Source: a virus (Duplodnaviria > Heunggongvirae > Uroviricota > Caudoviricetes). Taken from it: a DNA stretch of 62,402 bases. Below, piece by piece: positions 1 through 10,166 of the stretch. Each line of letters opens with the position of its first letter. Position 1 is the stretch's first letter. A program made the position numbers and the translations under genes. Location of the stretch: IMG/VR virus record IMGVR_UViG_3300029219_000144; one strand, given 5' to 3'. Below the pieces are notes generated by a model, which was given only the letters and a program-made list of their open reading frames with translations, did not search any database and was not told the DNA's origin.

Positions 1-125
1 TGAAGAGCTTTCATCTGCCCAGCGGTTATTTTTGTGCCTTTAGTTCGTTTAAGCACTTTCTCTAGTGTTTTCCACTCAACCTTAACTCCATCCAGCAATT
101 TTTCCAGATAACTCAACTCGCTCAT
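1..125 (-). CDS. hsdS: Type I restriction-modification specificity subunit HsdS, N-terminal fragment (gene continues beyond window start)
   Basis: Reverse complement of 1-125 reads ATG then [24 protein letters not shown]... with no stop before the window edge; its ATG overlaps the hsdM stop in an ATGA arrangement typical of hsdM-hsdS coupling. Confidence 0.55.
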   Translation of the reverse strand, partial: MSELSYLEKLLDGVKVEWKTLEKVLKRTKGTKITAGQMKAL

Positions 126-1684
126 TTCTGTACCTCGCAGCCTTCAATTTCAGCCACAATCGCATCAATATCTTTGCGCAATTGGTCGATTTTGCTGACC
201 GTGGTTTTCAGCTCTGCATTCAACTCAGCGATATCGATAATTTCGCGAGTATCTTTCGCTTCCACATAGCTGCTCACCGACAGGTTATAGTCATTAGCTA
301 CAACGGTCTCAAACGCGACAGATTTTGCCAGATGAGCAACATCTTCCTTGCTGGCAAATACCTGCATAATCTGTTCGATATGGGCATCGGTCAGGATATT
401 GTTGTTAGTCTCTTTTTTGAACAATTCGCTGGCATCAATAAACTGAACTTTGGTATCCGTTTTATGTTTAGACAGCACCAGAATATTGACGGCAATGGTG
501 GTGCCAAAGAACAGGTTCGGTGCCAGTGAAATCACGGTTTCGACATAGTTATTGTCGACCAGATACTGACGGATTTTCTGCTCCGCACCGCCACGGTAAA
601 AAATACCCGGGAAGCAAACAATCGCAGCACGACCTTTGGCAGAAAGATAGTTCAGCGCATGTAATACAAACGCAAAGTCAGCTTTGGATTTGGGGGCCAG
701 AACGCCAGCTGGGGCAAAACGTTCATCGTTAATCAGCGTCGGGTCATCGCTGCCAATCCATTTCACCGAATACGGTGGGTTAGAAACGATGGCATCAAAC
801 GGTTTTTCATCTCTGAAGTGCGGTTCAGTCAGCGTATTGCCCAGCTTGATATCAAACTTGTCGTAGTTGATGTTGTGCAAAAACATGTTCATACGCGCCA
901 GGTTATAGGTCGTATGGTTGATTTCCTGACCAAAAAAACCTTCTTCGATGATATGGTCATCAAACTGTTTTTTAGCCTGCAACAACAGCGAACCGGAGCC
1001 TGCTGCCGGGTCGTAGATTTTGTTAACGTGGGTCTGCCCGTGCATAGCCAGTTGTGCAATCAGCTTAGAGACGTGCTGCGGTGTAAAGAACTCACCGCCT
1101 GACTTACCGGCATTTGCCGCATAGTTAGAAATCAGGAACTCATAGGCATCACCGAACAGGTCAATCTGATGTTCGTTGAAGTCACCAAGTTTTAACCCTT
1201 CAACCCCTTTCAGAACCGCAGCCAGGCGGGCATTTTTATCTTTAACGGTGTTACCCAGGCGGTTACTGGTGGTATCGAAATCAGCAAACAAACCTTTGAT
1301 GTCAGCTTCTGAAGGGTAACCGTAAGCAGAGCTTTCGATAGCAACGAAGATGCTGTTTAAATCTGCATTCAGTCTGTCATTAGTATTTGCTTTCGCAGCT
1401 ACGTTGCAGAAAAGCTGACTGGGGTAGATGAAGTAGCCTTTAGTTTTGATGGCATCGTCTTTAATGTCATCAGTAATTACGCTGTCATCCAGTTTCGCAT
1501 AACAGATACTGTCATCACCGGCTTCAATATAGCTGGAAAAATTTTCGCTGATAAAACGGTAGAAAAGTGCGCCCAGAACGTATTGCTTAAAATCCCATCC
1601 ATCGACCGAACCCCTGACATCGTTAGCAATTTGCCAGATTTGACGATGAAGCTCTGCACGTTGTTGAATACTTGTCATTTTCAT
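122..1684 (-). CDS. hsdM: Type I restriction-modification DNA methyltransferase subunit HsdM (N6-adenine)
   Basis: 520-aa ORF with the N6-adenine methyltransferase catalytic motif NPPYS ([11 protein letters not shown]) and typical HsdM N-terminal region. Confidence 0.9.
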   Translation of the reverse strand: MKMTSIQQRAELHRQIWQIANDVRGSVDGWDFKQYVLGALFYRFISENFSSYIEAGDDSICYAKLDDSVITDDIKDDAIKTKGYFIYPSQLFCNVAAKANTNDRLNADLNSIFVAIESSAYGYPSEADIKGLFADFDTTSNRLGNTVKDKNARLAAVLKGVEGLKLGDFNEHQIDLFGDAYEFLISNYAANAGKSGGEFFTPQHVSKLIAQLAMHGQTHVNKIYDPAAGSGSLLLQAKKQFDDHIIEEGFFGQEINHTTYNLARMNMFLHNINYDKFDIKLGNTLTEPHFRDEKPFDAIVSNPPYSVKWIGSDDPTLINDERFAPAGVLAPKSKADFAFVLHALNYLSAKGRAAIVCFPGIFYRGGAEQKIRQYLVDNNYVETVISLAPNLFFGTTIAVNILVLSKHKTDTKVQFIDASELFKKETNNNILTDAHIEQIMQVFASKEDVAHLAKSVAFETVVANDYNLSVSSYVEAKDTREIIDIAELNAELKTTVSKIDQLRKDIDAIVAEIEGCEVQK

Positions 1685-1808
1685 CCACTTATTTCAGGCT
1701 TATGTAATTGGATGTGATTCTACAGCAACTTGGATGCTTTAGCAGTTCGGACATTAGGCAACGAATGACCTAATTAGAGCTTTTTGGAAAAGCGGTATTG
1801 TCGGTGCG

Positions 1809-2033
1809 ATGATAGCTATGTTTGGGTGCGCGATGGTGCAATACAATGACGGTGAAAAGGTAAGCATCCAGTCTGATGGCTGGTATGGGCTGGATAGCCT
1901 GCAAAAAACCGCAGATAAAGCCTGTCAGCAATATGGAAAGTCCAAAGCTGTATATCAGCATAGTGCGAACGCTAACCCTCATCTTACGCCCGGTTCGGGT
2001 GTTCAGAATACCATCTGGAAATGTGAGCCTTAA
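1809..2033 (+). CDS. hypothetical small protein (74 aa)
   Basis: ORF ending one codon before the next ORF start (TAA then ATG at 2036); no recognisable motif. Confidence 0.3.
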   Translation: MIAMFGCAMVQYNDGEKVSIQSDGWYGLDSLQKTADKACQQYGKSKAVYQHSANANPHLTPGSGVQNTIWKCEP

Positions 2034-2035
2034 AC

Positions 2036-2287
2036 ATGAGCAACTGGAACATAGCAGCTAAAAGCCAGGAAGAAAGGAATAAAGTTAACGTTGACCTGGC
2101 TGCCAGGGGGGTTGCCTACAAAGAGCGATTGAACATACCCGTCATAGCGGAACAGGTAGCCCGTGAGCAACCTGAGAACCTGCGCACCTATTTCATGGAA
2201 CGGCTACGGCACTACCGGCAGTTAAGCCTCCTGCTGCCAAAAGGAAACGATCCGGTATATCAGAAAGAAGATATAGCCAAAAAATAA
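2036..2287 (+). CDS. hypothetical small protein (83 aa)
   Basis: ORF tightly coupled to the upstream ORF; function not recognised. Confidence 0.35.
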   Translation: MSNWNIAAKSQEERNKVNVDLAARGVAYKERLNIPVIAEQVAREQPENLRTYFMERLRHYRQLSLLLPKGNDPVYQKEDIAKK

Positions 2288-2385
2288 CGCGCCACCAGGC
2301 GAGCGCAAAGCATCGCGCTATTGCACACTTCAAGCATCTTTAATGTATACTGTATGGATAAACAGTGCTCTGAGGTGAAAACGCT

Positions 2386-2775
2386 ATGGGCTTCCCTTCT
2401 CCTGCGGCGGATTATGCTGAGAGCCGTATTTCTCTTGATCAGCAGATAATTAGACATCCTTCAGCGACCTACTTCATGAGGGCAGCTGATAGTCATCATC
2501 GTGAGGGAATATTACAGGGTGCATTGCTGGTGGTTGATTCCTCACTTACCCCGGTTGATGGTTCTCTGCTTGTATGCGCTCTGGATGGGGAATATCGCGT
2601 AAAAAGATACCGGAAGTATCCACGTCAGCATCTGGAGGATTTAAGAACCGGTAAGAAGGAAGCATTGCCAAAGGATGACGATGGATGCACGGGCAGCAAT
2701 GCCGTGTTTGGTGTGATCACTCACATTATCAACGACGCAAGAAGTGGCGAGTTTGATGATTGTCCCGTGATGTAG
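2386..2775 (+). CDS. UmuD-like LexA/S24-family peptidase, lacking the UmuD N-terminal arm
   Basis: Protein starts MGFPSPAADYAE and aligns from memory with E. coli UmuD from its cleavage-site region onward (GFPSPAADYVE); Ser (AADSH) and Lys (YRVKRY) of the S24 dyad appear retained; RBS GAGGTGA upstream. Confidence 0.65.
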   Translation: MGFPSPAADYAESRISLDQQIIRHPSATYFMRAADSHHREGILQGALLVVDSSLTPVDGSLLVCALDGEYRVKRYRKYPRQHLEDLRTGKKEALPKDDDGCTGSNAVFGVITHIINDARSGEFDDCPVM

Positions 2776-2812
2776 GAGAACTGATTAGGCGGTGCAATGC
2801 ACCGCCTTTTTA

Positions 2813-3913
2813 TCACACTGCGCGGAATGCGATTTCGCCAGGTATTACTTCACCTTGCCAATACATTTGGGCAGCAACGCGATCTGCGAGGTCACGATAA
2901 ATAGCCGTAAATTCGCTATCTGGACGACTAATAACGGTTGGTGTTCCGTTATCCAGATCTTCACGAAGAGAGATATGAAGTGGCATTTGGCCTAACAACT
3001 GCGTGTTGTATTTCTCGGCCAGTTTCTGTGCGCCACCGGTGCCAAAAATTGGCTCGTGATGACCGCAGTTACTGCAAATATGCACACTCATGTTTTCGAC
3101 GATACCCAGTACCGGCACTTCGACTTTTTCGAACATCACAATGCCTTTCTTCGCATCGATCAGCGCGATGTCTTGCGGCGTAGTTACCACAACCGCACCA
3201 GTTACAGGAATGTTCTGCGCCAGCGTCAACTGAATATCACCAGTGCCCGGCGGCATATCGAGAACGAGATAGTCCAGATCAGGCCATAGAGTTTCCTGCA
3301 ACATCTGCATCAGCGCCTTGCTGGCCATCGGTCCACGCCACACCATTGCATTGTCGTCGGTGACCAGATAACCAATAGAGTTGGTTGCCAGGCCATGAGA
3401 CATGATAGGTGCCATGTGAGTACCGTCAGGTGAGGTTGGACGTTGGTTTTCCGCGCCCAGCATGGTTGGAATTGATGGACCATAGATATCGGCATCCAAA
3501 ATACCAACTTTCGCACCTTCAGCAGCCAACGCCAGTGCCAGGTTTACCGCCGTGGAGGATTTACCCACGCCGCCCTTGCCTGAGCTGACGGCGATAATGT
3601 TCTTAACGCCATTAATGCCTGGTTGGTTTTTGACGCGCTTAAGCGTGGCAATGTTGTACGACAGCTTCCAGTCAATAGCCTTTGCGCCAGTGATACGGAG
3701 CAGATCACCACTACATTGCTCTTTCAGGTCTTCAAAAGGCTTATTCCACACGAAAGGCATGATTAGTTCGACATGCAGTGTGTCATCCATCAACGCAACA
3801 TGGTGTAACGCTTTAAGCGTAGTCAGGTTGTGTTTCAGGGTTGGGTGCTGAAAATTAGCCAGCGTACCGGCTACCATTGCTCTCAGGGCATCCGGCGATT
3901 TGGACTCGCTCAT
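2813..3913 (-). CDS. apbC: Iron-sulfur cluster carrier ATPase ApbC/Mrp
   Basis: 366-aa ORF with deviant Walker A SGKGGVGKS, CxxC near the C-terminus (CSNCGHHEP); near-identical to E. coli Mrp as recalled. Confidence 0.92.
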   Translation of the reverse strand: MSESKSPDALRAMVAGTLANFQHPTLKHNLTTLKALHHVALMDDTLHVELIMPFVWNKPFEDLKEQCSGDLLRITGAKAIDWKLSYNIATLKRVKNQPGINGVKNIIAVSSGKGGVGKSSTAVNLALALAAEGAKVGILDADIYGPSIPTMLGAENQRPTSPDGTHMAPIMSHGLATNSIGYLVTDDNAMVWRGPMASKALMQMLQETLWPDLDYLVLDMPPGTGDIQLTLAQNIPVTGAVVVTTPQDIALIDAKKGIVMFEKVEVPVLGIVENMSVHICSNCGHHEPIFGTGGAQKLAEKYNTQLLGQMPLHISLREDLDNGTPTVISRPDSEFTAIYRDLADRVAAQMYWQGEVIPGEIAFRAV

Positions 3914-4070
3914 CCCGTCTCCTTTATTTTAATTTGCGCAATTGTCGCCTTGTAGTGTACTCCAGCTACGACATTTAATCATTTATGAGAAATGCTGTTA
4001 TCACATGGCAGACATAAGGCCATTTTGTTACTATCAAGCCCCTTTTCACTACAAAGAAGTAATGCCTACT

Positions 4071-6104
4071 ATGACCCAAGTCGCGAAGAAAATTCTGGTG
4101 ACGTGCGCGCTGCCGTACGCTAACGGCTCAATCCACCTCGGCCATATGCTGGAGCACATCCAGGCTGATGTCTGGGTTCGTTACCAGCGAATGCGCGGCC
4201 ACGAGGTTAATTTCATCTGTGCCGACGATGCCCACGGTACGCCGATCATGCTGAAAGCACAGCAGCTTGGTATCACACCGGAGCAGATGATTGGCGAAAT
4301 GAGTCAGGAACACCAGACTGATTTCGCAGGCTTTAACATCAGCTATGACAACTATCACTCGACGCACAGCGAAGAGAACCGTCAGTTGTCTGAGCTTATC
4401 TATACTCGCCTGAAAGAGAACGGTTTTATTAAAAACCGCACTATCTCTCAGTTGTACGACCCGGAAAAAGGCATGTTCCTGCCGGATCGTTTTGTAAAAG
4501 GCACCTGCCCGAAATGTAAAGCGCCAGATCAATACGGCGATAACTGTGAAGTCTGCGGCGCAACATATAGCCCGACTGAATTGATCGAGCCGAAATCGGT
4601 GGTTTCTGGCGCTACCCCGGTAATGCGTGATTCCGAACACTTCTTCTTTGATCTGCCTTCTTTCAGCGAAATGTTGCAGGCATGGACCCGCAGCGGCGCG
4701 TTGCAGGAGCAGGTGGCGAACAAAATGCAGGAATGGTTTGAATCCGGCCTGCAACAGTGGGATATCTCCCGCGATGCGCCTTACTTCGGTTTTGAAATTC
4801 CGAACGCGCCGGGCAAATATTTCTACGTCTGGCTGGACGCGCCGATTGGCTACATGGGTTCCTTCAAGAATCTGTGCGACAAGCGCGGCGATACCACCAG
4901 CTTCGATGAATACTGGAAGAAAGACTCCACCGCCGAGCTGTACCACTTCATCGGTAAAGATATTGTTTACTTCCACAGTCTGTTCTGGCCAGCAATGCTG
5001 GAAGGCAGCAACTTCCGCAAGCCGACCAACCTGTTTGTTCATGGCTATGTGACGGTGAACGGCGCGAAGATGTCCAAGTCTCGCGGCACCTTTATTAAAG
5101 CCAGCACCTGGCTGAATCATTTTGACGCTGACAGCCTGCGTTACTACTACACTGCGAAACTCTCTTCGCGCATTGATGATATCGATCTCAACCTGGAGGA
5201 TTTCGTTCAGCGCGTGAATGCCGATATCGTGAACAAAGTGGTTAACCTGGCCTCCCGTAATGCAGGCTTTATCAACAAGCGTTTTGACGGCGTGCTGGCA
5301 AGCGAACTGGCTGACCCGCAACTGTACAAAACCTTTACTGATGCCGCTGAAGTGATTGGCGAAGCATGGGAAAGCCGTGAATTTGGTAAAGCTATCCGTG
5401 AAATCATGGCATTGGCTGACCTGGCTAACCGCTATGTCGATGAACAGGCTCCGTGGGTGGTGGCGAAGCAGGAAGGACGCGATGCCGATCTGCAGGCGAT
5501 TTGCTCTATGGGCATTAACCTGTTCCGCGTGCTGATGACGTACCTGAAGCCGGTACTGCCGAAACTGACTGAACGTGCAGAAGCATTCCTGAATACAGAA
5601 CTGACTTGGGATGGTATCCAGCAACCGCTGCTGGGCCATAAAGTGAATCCGTTCAAGGCACTGTATAACCGCATCGATATGAAGCAGGTTGAAGCACTGG
5701 TGGAAGCATCCAAAGAAGAAGTGAAAGCCACAGCCGCACCGGTAACTGGCCCACTGGCTGACGACCCGATTCAGGAAACTATCACCTTTGACGACTTCGC
5801 CAAAGTTGACCTGCGCGTGGCGCTGATTGAAAACGCAGAGTTTGTAGAAGGTTCTGACAAACTGCTTCGTCTGACACTGGATCTCGGTGGTGAAAAGCGT
5901 AATGTCTTCTCAGGCATCCGTTCTGCTTATCGAGACCCACAGGCACTGATTGGTCGTCACACCATTATGGTGGCTAACCTGGCTCCGCGTAAAATGCGCT
6001 TTGGCATCTCCGAAGGCATGGTGATGGCTGCCGGTCCTGGCGGGAAAGATATTTTCCTGCTAAGCCCGGATGCCGGTGCTAAACCAGGCCACCAGGTTAA
6101 GTAA
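4071..6104 (+). CDS. metG: Methionine--tRNA ligase MetG
   Basis: Start chosen at [29 protein letters not shown] (HLGH class I motif) matching the E. coli MetG N-terminus; KMSKS present; the ORF-track start at 3942 is an in-frame upstream extension. Confidence 0.95.
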   Translation: MTQVAKKILVTCALPYANGSIHLGHMLEHIQADVWVRYQRMRGHEVNFICADDAHGTPIMLKAQQLGITPEQMIGEMSQEHQTDFAGFNISYDNYHSTHSEENRQLSELIYTRLKENGFIKNRTISQLYDPEKGMFLPDRFVKGTCPKCKAPDQYGDNCEVCGATYSPTELIEPKSVVSGATPVMRDSEHFFFDLPSFSEMLQAWTRSGALQEQVANKMQEWFESGLQQWDISRDAPYFGFEIPNAPGKYFYVWLDAPIGYMGSFKNLCDKRGDTTSFDEYWKKDSTAELYHFIGKDIVYFHSLFWPAMLEGSNFRKPTNLFVHGYVTVNGAKMSKSRGTFIKASTWLNHFDADSLRYYYTAKLSSRIDDIDLNLEDFVQRVNADIVNKVVNLASRNAGFINKRFDGVLASELADPQLYKTFTDAAEVIGEAWESREFGKAIREIMALADLANRYVDEQAPWVVAKQEGRDADLQAICSMGINLFRVLMTYLKPVLPKLTERAEAFLNTELTWDGIQQPLLGHKVNPFKALYNRIDMKQVEALVEASKEEVKATAAPVTGPLADDPIQETITFDDFAKVDLRVALIENAEFVEGSDKLLRLTLDLGGEKRNVFSGIRSAYRDPQALIGRHTIMVANLAPRKMRFGISEGMVMAAGPGGKDIFLLSPDAGAKPGHQVK

Positions 6105-6125
6105 CTAAACAACCATTCTTCACAA

Positions 6126-6153
6126 TGCCCGGCAACACGCTGGGCATTTTCAT
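6126..6153 (+). terminator. Rho-independent terminator downstream of metG
   Basis: Inverted repeat TGCCCGG..CTGGGCA followed by a T-run, about 22 nt after the metG stop. Confidence 0.7.
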
Positions 6154-6187
6154 ATAGACACAATCCCTCCTGATTTACACAAGCCCT

Positions 6188-6202
6188 AAAACAATTTGTT
6201 TT
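6188..6202. promoter_or_regulatory. 15-bp palindrome AAAACAATTTGTTTT (operator family copy 1)
   Basis: Perfect inverted repeat; first copy of a motif found at least 10 times upstream of start codons in the phage element. Confidence 0.5.
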
Positions 6203-6237
6203 CTACCTTTTGTTGATTGAGATAATAAGCCACATAA

Positions 6238-6253
6238 GAAAACAAATTGTTTA
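6238..6253. promoter_or_regulatory. Palindrome GAAAACAAATTGTTTA (operator family copy 2), abutting the RBS of the 6258 ORF
   Basis: Same palindrome 50 bp after copy 1, immediately followed by GGAG and ATG. Confidence 0.5.
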
Positions 6254-6257
6254 GGAG

Positions 6258-6506
6258 ATGAAGATGTTTGGAACAGCAAAAGAAATCATCGAGAAACTGA
6301 AAAACTATCCAGAAGACGAACCCTTACTCATGGTTATGTGGCACAAAGAAGATATTGCTGAAGTAAGGACAGATCTCACTGATGAACAATGCGTACAGGT
6401 GATGCAAAAAATCAGACAATACCATAACGCTGATGTCGGCGTTAATTGGGAGGTTATATCAACTACGGCGAATGAGTTGTTTCCGAACGGGGTGGTAAAA
6501 TGCTGA
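6258..6506 (+). CDS. hypothetical phage early protein (82 aa)
   Basis: ORF with AGGAG just upstream (second ATG at 6264 has better spacing); preceded by the operator palindrome. Confidence 0.5.
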   Translation: MKMFGTAKEIIEKLKNYPEDEPLLMVMWHKEDIAEVRTDLTDEQCVQVMQKIRQYHNADVGVNWEVISTTANELFPNGVVKC

Positions 6507-6688
6507 AACTCACCAAATTGTATAAGACGACAGTTAGTAGCCCTACCCTCGTTACACAGCATGACTCTGAGTGTCTACCAAATATCTGTTTCGAGCACCA
6601 TACGATCTCGGACTCAATTGGGTACAGAAACGGAGTATGGGGGAGTCAGGGGAGGGAAGAAAAGCTGCGTGATTACGGTGTCACATAG
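6500..6688 (+). CDS. hypothetical small protein (62 aa)
   Basis: ATG overlaps the stop of the upstream ORF (ATGCTGA), suggesting translational coupling; no motif recognised. Confidence 0.3.
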   Translation: MLKLTKLYKTTVSSPTLVTQHDSECLPNICFEHHTISDSIGYRNGVWGSQGREEKLRDYGVT

Positions 6689-6800
6689 CAAACCATCAAG
6701 AACATTCGAAAGGTGCTCGATGTAGGATTTGATGCGGTACAATTCCACCCTGACGCTGAAATAGACGATGGTCTGGAAAATTGGAAATTGTGAGGGATAA

Positions 6801-7199
6801 ATGAAATATGCACCATTGGCACTAATATTTTTTGTGCTTTCTGCTAATGCCACGCCAGTTGAAGAGCCTAACACTATCGTGTACCCACGATGCATGAAAA
6901 TAGATCCGGAAACACACAAGCAATTACCTGGTTACAATATTGTTATGGATATAGGGAATAAATTTAAAATCGTTTCCCCAAATGGGAATTCGGTGATATC
7001 CATCTCGCTTGCCCAAAGTGAAAAAGATAGGAACATGTTCGACGCCTCAGTCGGCGATGTTTACTTCTCTCGTTACCATGTTCAACCTGATGGGAACTTT
7101 CTATACTCAGCCTGGAGTGAAAAGGCGAAAGTTACAGTGCTGTGTAATGGTAAAAGCGGTGAGCGGCATTACGTTGACCCTATTCATTTCGAGAACTGA
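6801..7199 (+). CDS. hypothetical secreted protein (132 aa, N-terminal signal peptide)
   Basis: N-terminus MKYAPLALIFFVLSANA then TPVEEP looks like a Sec signal peptide; RBS GAGGGA 5 nt upstream. Confidence 0.55.
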   Translation: MKYAPLALIFFVLSANATPVEEPNTIVYPRCMKIDPETHKQLPGYNIVMDIGNKFKIVSPNGNSVISISLAQSEKDRNMFDASVGDVYFSRYHVQPDGNFLYSAWSEKAKVTVLCNGKSGERHYVDPIHFEN

Positions 7200-7329
7200 C
7201 TACACAAGTAAACAAATCAATCAGTTGATAATGGCGGTCACAATTTGATTCTTTTCTATAAGAATCCGTTGATCGCCACTACTCCCCTTCCATACCTGCA
7301 ATCACATCCTTAAATATCAATAAGTTATA

Positions 7330-8110
7330 GTTGTTTATACAATCAAGAAAACAACTGAATAACAGATCAACGAAACATCAACGCTTTCACCCGATTTGGT
7401 CTAAAAAATTGACGTTTTCACACATCACTGCTTATACCCGTAATTCTACGCAGCAGACAGCGCCACAGCGTCCAATTTTCACCACAGACGACCCAACACA
7501 CTACCAACAAAAACACACGCTCAAAATCGTTCCCGTTGCGTTACACAACCATATAAACAACTTATTTTAAGGCATAGCAAAACAACTAAATAACACACAT
7601 GCCATTCCCCAAAACAACCAACCTCTTTATGGCAGGCTACCGAAAAGACCCACCTCTTCTCCCCAGGCTACCGGACAACCAACCTAACTTTCACAGGCAA
7701 TCCGAAAACATTCATACGCGCGATACCCACGACACGCCATTACCCAAACAGCGAAGAAACACCAGAATCACTGAAACCCCAACGAAGCCTGTAACCGCAA
7801 GGTTTCTCTCAATCCCAAAAGACACGAAACATAACAATCACGGGAAACGCCATTACCCAATACACGAATAACTACAAAAGCCTTCACACACTCCAGACAA
7901 ACAACTCAAACACAATAACGAAAGGAATCGCCAACCTGCCATTACTCCATACACGGAGAAGAACAATCACCAAAACGACGAGAACACCCCATAGAAGAAC
8001 CACCGCAAAACGAACGAAACCACATACACCGACAGAGAGAACAACACGCCCAATTCACCAACAGAAATAGTCGCCGTATAGAACGTTCTGGAAGGAGTGA
8101 GCATTAACGC
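7330..8110 (+). other. ~0.8 kb non-coding tract with strong strand asymmetry (A+C-rich, G/T-poor on the + strand)
   Basis: Visibly few G and T over hundreds of bases (ccaacc, cacgaaac, caaaacgacga motifs); ORFs here lack RBS and have low-complexity translations. Confidence 0.6.
7607..7695 (+). repeat. Degenerate ~85-bp intergenic element, copy A (paired with 10785-10865)
   Basis: Shares aaaacaaccaacctctt .. caggctaccg .. acccacct .. ggctaccg .. caactttc with copy B by eye. Confidence 0.5.
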
Positions 8111-8277
8111 CTATAGAGAGGTTGAGACAGATAAAACACGAAGAAAACACAACATGTATAGCGAAGAAGACAGGTATGTATAAGTGGGGAGGGAAGGAGT
8201 GGTGTCGCCTCCTTTTTCGTATTTATTCAACTCCTGATTTTATCCCCCGTAAAACCCCTACGGTCAGCCTTCGGTCC

Positions 8278-8420
8278 ATACAGGGAAAAGGTTGCATCCC
8301 GCTACAGAAACGGCTGGGTTGCCTTCGGGGAACGGCTGGGGATTTTCAGGGAAACGGTCGAGTTGCCTGTGTGGATTTCGGGAAAAGGCTCGATGCCGGT
8401 TCAGGAACGGCGGCGTACCG
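8278..8420 (+). repeat. Iteron-like cluster: about 6 direct repeats of (C)AGGGAAACGGCT at ~19-32 bp spacing
   Basis: Copies at ~8281, 8305, 8327, 8346, 8378, 8400 (agggaaaagg, cagaaacggc, ggggaacggc, agggaaacgg, gggaaaaggc, caggaacggc). Confidence 0.6.
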
Positions 8421-8746
8421 GTATAGCGAGAGGGAGAGTTGCGGCTACCCACCTGTAATGTGCGGGAAGAAGAGAGGCGCTCACGTGCAGGCGAACTTAC
8501 TTACCGCTGGATTCCCTCTGAATGCCCAGTTACAGCGTAATTGTGCCAGACAGCCAACGGGTCACAATCGATTTCAGTAGGTTTTCGGGGAGATGATTAT
8601 TCTGCCCACCAGCCACCTTCGGCCACTAAATCAGAATAATGTAAAAAGTGTTCTCGGTACTGAACCTGAAAACTCACTGCCAAAACCACATTCACCGGAA
8701 TAAAATCCTTTTTCGCCTGTGCGTTATTGCGATAATAACACCAACA

Positions 8747-8762
8747 AGAAAACATGTTGTTT
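8747..8762. promoter_or_regulatory. Palindrome GAAAACATGTTGTTTA (operator family)
   Basis: Motif lies 13 nt upstream of the ATG at 8775. Confidence 0.5.
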
Positions 8763-8774
8763 AAGGATTGCTTT

Positions 8775-9104
8775 ATGTTTGCACATATCGACATCAACCA
8801 AATCAAGAAATTGACTCAAAAAGAGTTTGACCAGTTCTATGAGCTGGAAGGTTGGTCTTCCACTCTGATCAATTCGCGGTGGGTACTTGAGCTGATGACT
8901 CGTGATGACGCACCTGCTTTGATGATTTGCGACATGGGTGAAGATGCTGACTTTATGGATATGAGCGAATTTTGTGTGGACACATACAACCGCAGCCAGA
9001 AGTACTACTTCACATGCGATAGCGAAAATGACGTGATTTCTAAGGTCTATCTTCACCTCGTCCAGCATTGGGACGTTCAGGAGTTTCTTGAGGTATTCGA
9101 GTAA
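8775..9104 (+). CDS. hypothetical phage early protein (109 aa, acidic)
   Basis: Start chosen at the second ATG (MFAHIDINQ) with AAGGA upstream; the first ATG at 8754 lies inside the operator palindrome. Confidence 0.5.
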   Translation: MFAHIDINQIKKLTQKEFDQFYELEGWSSTLINSRWVLELMTRDDAPALMICDMGEDADFMDMSEFCVDTYNRSQKYYFTCDSENDVISKVYLHLVQHWDVQEFLEVFE

Positions 9105-9231
9105 ACCCAACCAAAGCCAGCAATGCTGGCTTAATTTCTCTATAGCCGCAGGGAGGAACCTGCATATCGATCATGCACCTGATCATTATGCTTTGTAGCC
9201 GTTTTCTTACTGGTATTATTTACGCCATTGA

Positions 9232-9247
9232 GAAAACAAGTTGTTTA
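9232..9247. promoter_or_regulatory. Palindrome GAAAACAAGTTGTTTA (operator family)
   Basis: Followed by CGGAG and the ATG at 9258. Confidence 0.5.
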
Positions 9248-9257
9248 CGGAGTTGTG

Positions 9258-9569
9258 ATGAAAAAATCATTGGTTCTTGGTCTGGACAAAGACCAGAAGA
9301 GAAAAGAGAAGCCTGCACTGGTTGCTCAATTAACTTTGCTGGACATCGTTGCCAATGGAACTTCTATTCGTCTGTTCCGTGAAACAGCGGTGTCTTTCGA
9401 TAAAAACACCTTTACTCGTTATGTAATGAATGTTCGTCGCCAGCGTGGAAAAGGATGGGTGGCATTTCAAAGAATGTGGCCGGAACATCAGCTCGAACTG
9501 GCCTTGATGGAAGTTAACCGCGTGGCCCAGCAAGAAATTCAGAGAGCATCAGTGATGGCAATAGCCTGA
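9258..9569 (+). CDS. hypothetical phage early protein (103 aa)
   Basis: Start MKKSLVLGL with ACGGAG RBS; followed by a hairpin terminator. Confidence 0.5.
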   Translation: MKKSLVLGLDKDQKRKEKPALVAQLTLLDIVANGTSIRLFRETAVSFDKNTFTRYVMNVRRQRGKGWVAFQRMWPEHQLELALMEVNRVAQQEIQRASVMAIA

Positions 9570-9603
9570 TAATGTGCAAGTGGTAATTAGTCGACAGTAC
9601 GAC

Positions 9604-9631
9604 AGCCCCGCCATCCTTACGGGGCTTTTTT
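9604..9631 (+). terminator. Rho-independent terminator
   Basis: AGCCCCG..CGGGGCT stem followed by TTTTTT. Confidence 0.7.
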
Positions 9632-9636
9632 GTATT

Positions 9637-9652
9637 GTAAGTACATACTTAC
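9637..9652. promoter_or_regulatory. Palindrome GTAAGTAcaTACTTAC (TAAGTA/TACTTA family)
   Basis: Perfect inverted repeat about 45 nt upstream of the 9696 start. Confidence 0.45.
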
Positions 9653-9695
9653 GATCATAGAATATAAAAATAACCAATACACTACGGAGAGTGAA

Positions 9696-10091
9696 ATGAC
9701 CGTTAAACGCGAAAAACTGACAGTTGATGTTTACTATGCCTCTGAAACCGCCGAAGGTAAGAATGTGGCAAAAATCACCGTTGTTACGTACAACACCGAA
9801 ACTGGTGCCGAAGTCCAGGCCAGTACGATCGTGCGTAAAGGTGACGCCTCCGGCGGCGAGTACGCGACTCAATACCAGTCCATTCTCGATGCAACTGACC
9901 CGCTGCTGCTGAAAATCGAGAACTACTTCCGCCAGGTTGATGAAGAGGTGTTTGAAACCATGATGAATATGGTTAACACCGTATTCGCCTCCAGCCTGAA
10001 CACCAGCACCACCTGGATTGGCCAGTACGGTCTGCGCATTACCTCTGGCATTCCTGCCGACACCTTAATCCCTGAAAGCGTATTCGCTTAA
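9696..10091 (+). CDS. hypothetical phage protein (131 aa)
   Basis: Start MTVKREKL with GGAGAG RBS 5 nt upstream; terminator follows. Confidence 0.5.
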   Translation: MTVKREKLTVDVYYASETAEGKNVAKITVVTYNTETGAEVQASTIVRKGDASGGEYATQYQSILDATDPLLLKIENYFRQVDEEVFETMMNMVNTVFASSLNTSTTWIGQYGLRITSGIPADTLIPESVFA

Positions 10092-10102
10092 TCCTCTTTA
10101 AA

Positions 10103-10127
10103 TGGCGCGTAAACCGCGCCATTTTAT
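10103..10127 (+). terminator. Rho-independent terminator
   Basis: ATGGCGCG taaac CGCGCCAT followed by TTTT. Confidence 0.7.
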
Positions 10128-10136
10128 TATGCCCGA

Positions 10137-10151
10137 TAACAATTTGTTTTC
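10137..10151. promoter_or_regulatory. Palindrome ATAACAATTTGTTTT (operator family variant)
   Basis: Upstream of the ORF starting at 10167 or 10209. Confidence 0.45.
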
Positions 10152-10166
10152 TGCCTTATCAGATTT

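Noticed and set aside
4128-5639. 503-aa antisense ORF inside metG and other antisense or alternative-frame ORFs inside apbC and metG
   Set aside because: They are fully contained within strongly supported genes; long antisense ORFs are common opposite codon-biased genes.
7331-8580. ORFs 7331-7570, 7599-7871 and 8122-8580 in the non-coding tract
   Set aside because: They lie in the A/C-rich, G/T-poor region where stop codons are rare by composition, have low-complexity translations (P/T/N/Q/H-rich), no RBS, and overlap the iteron repeats.
8597-9110. Minus-strand ORFs 8597-8806 and 8724-9110
   Set aside because: They overlap the better-supported plus-strand gene 8775-9104 and its operator, and lack RBS.
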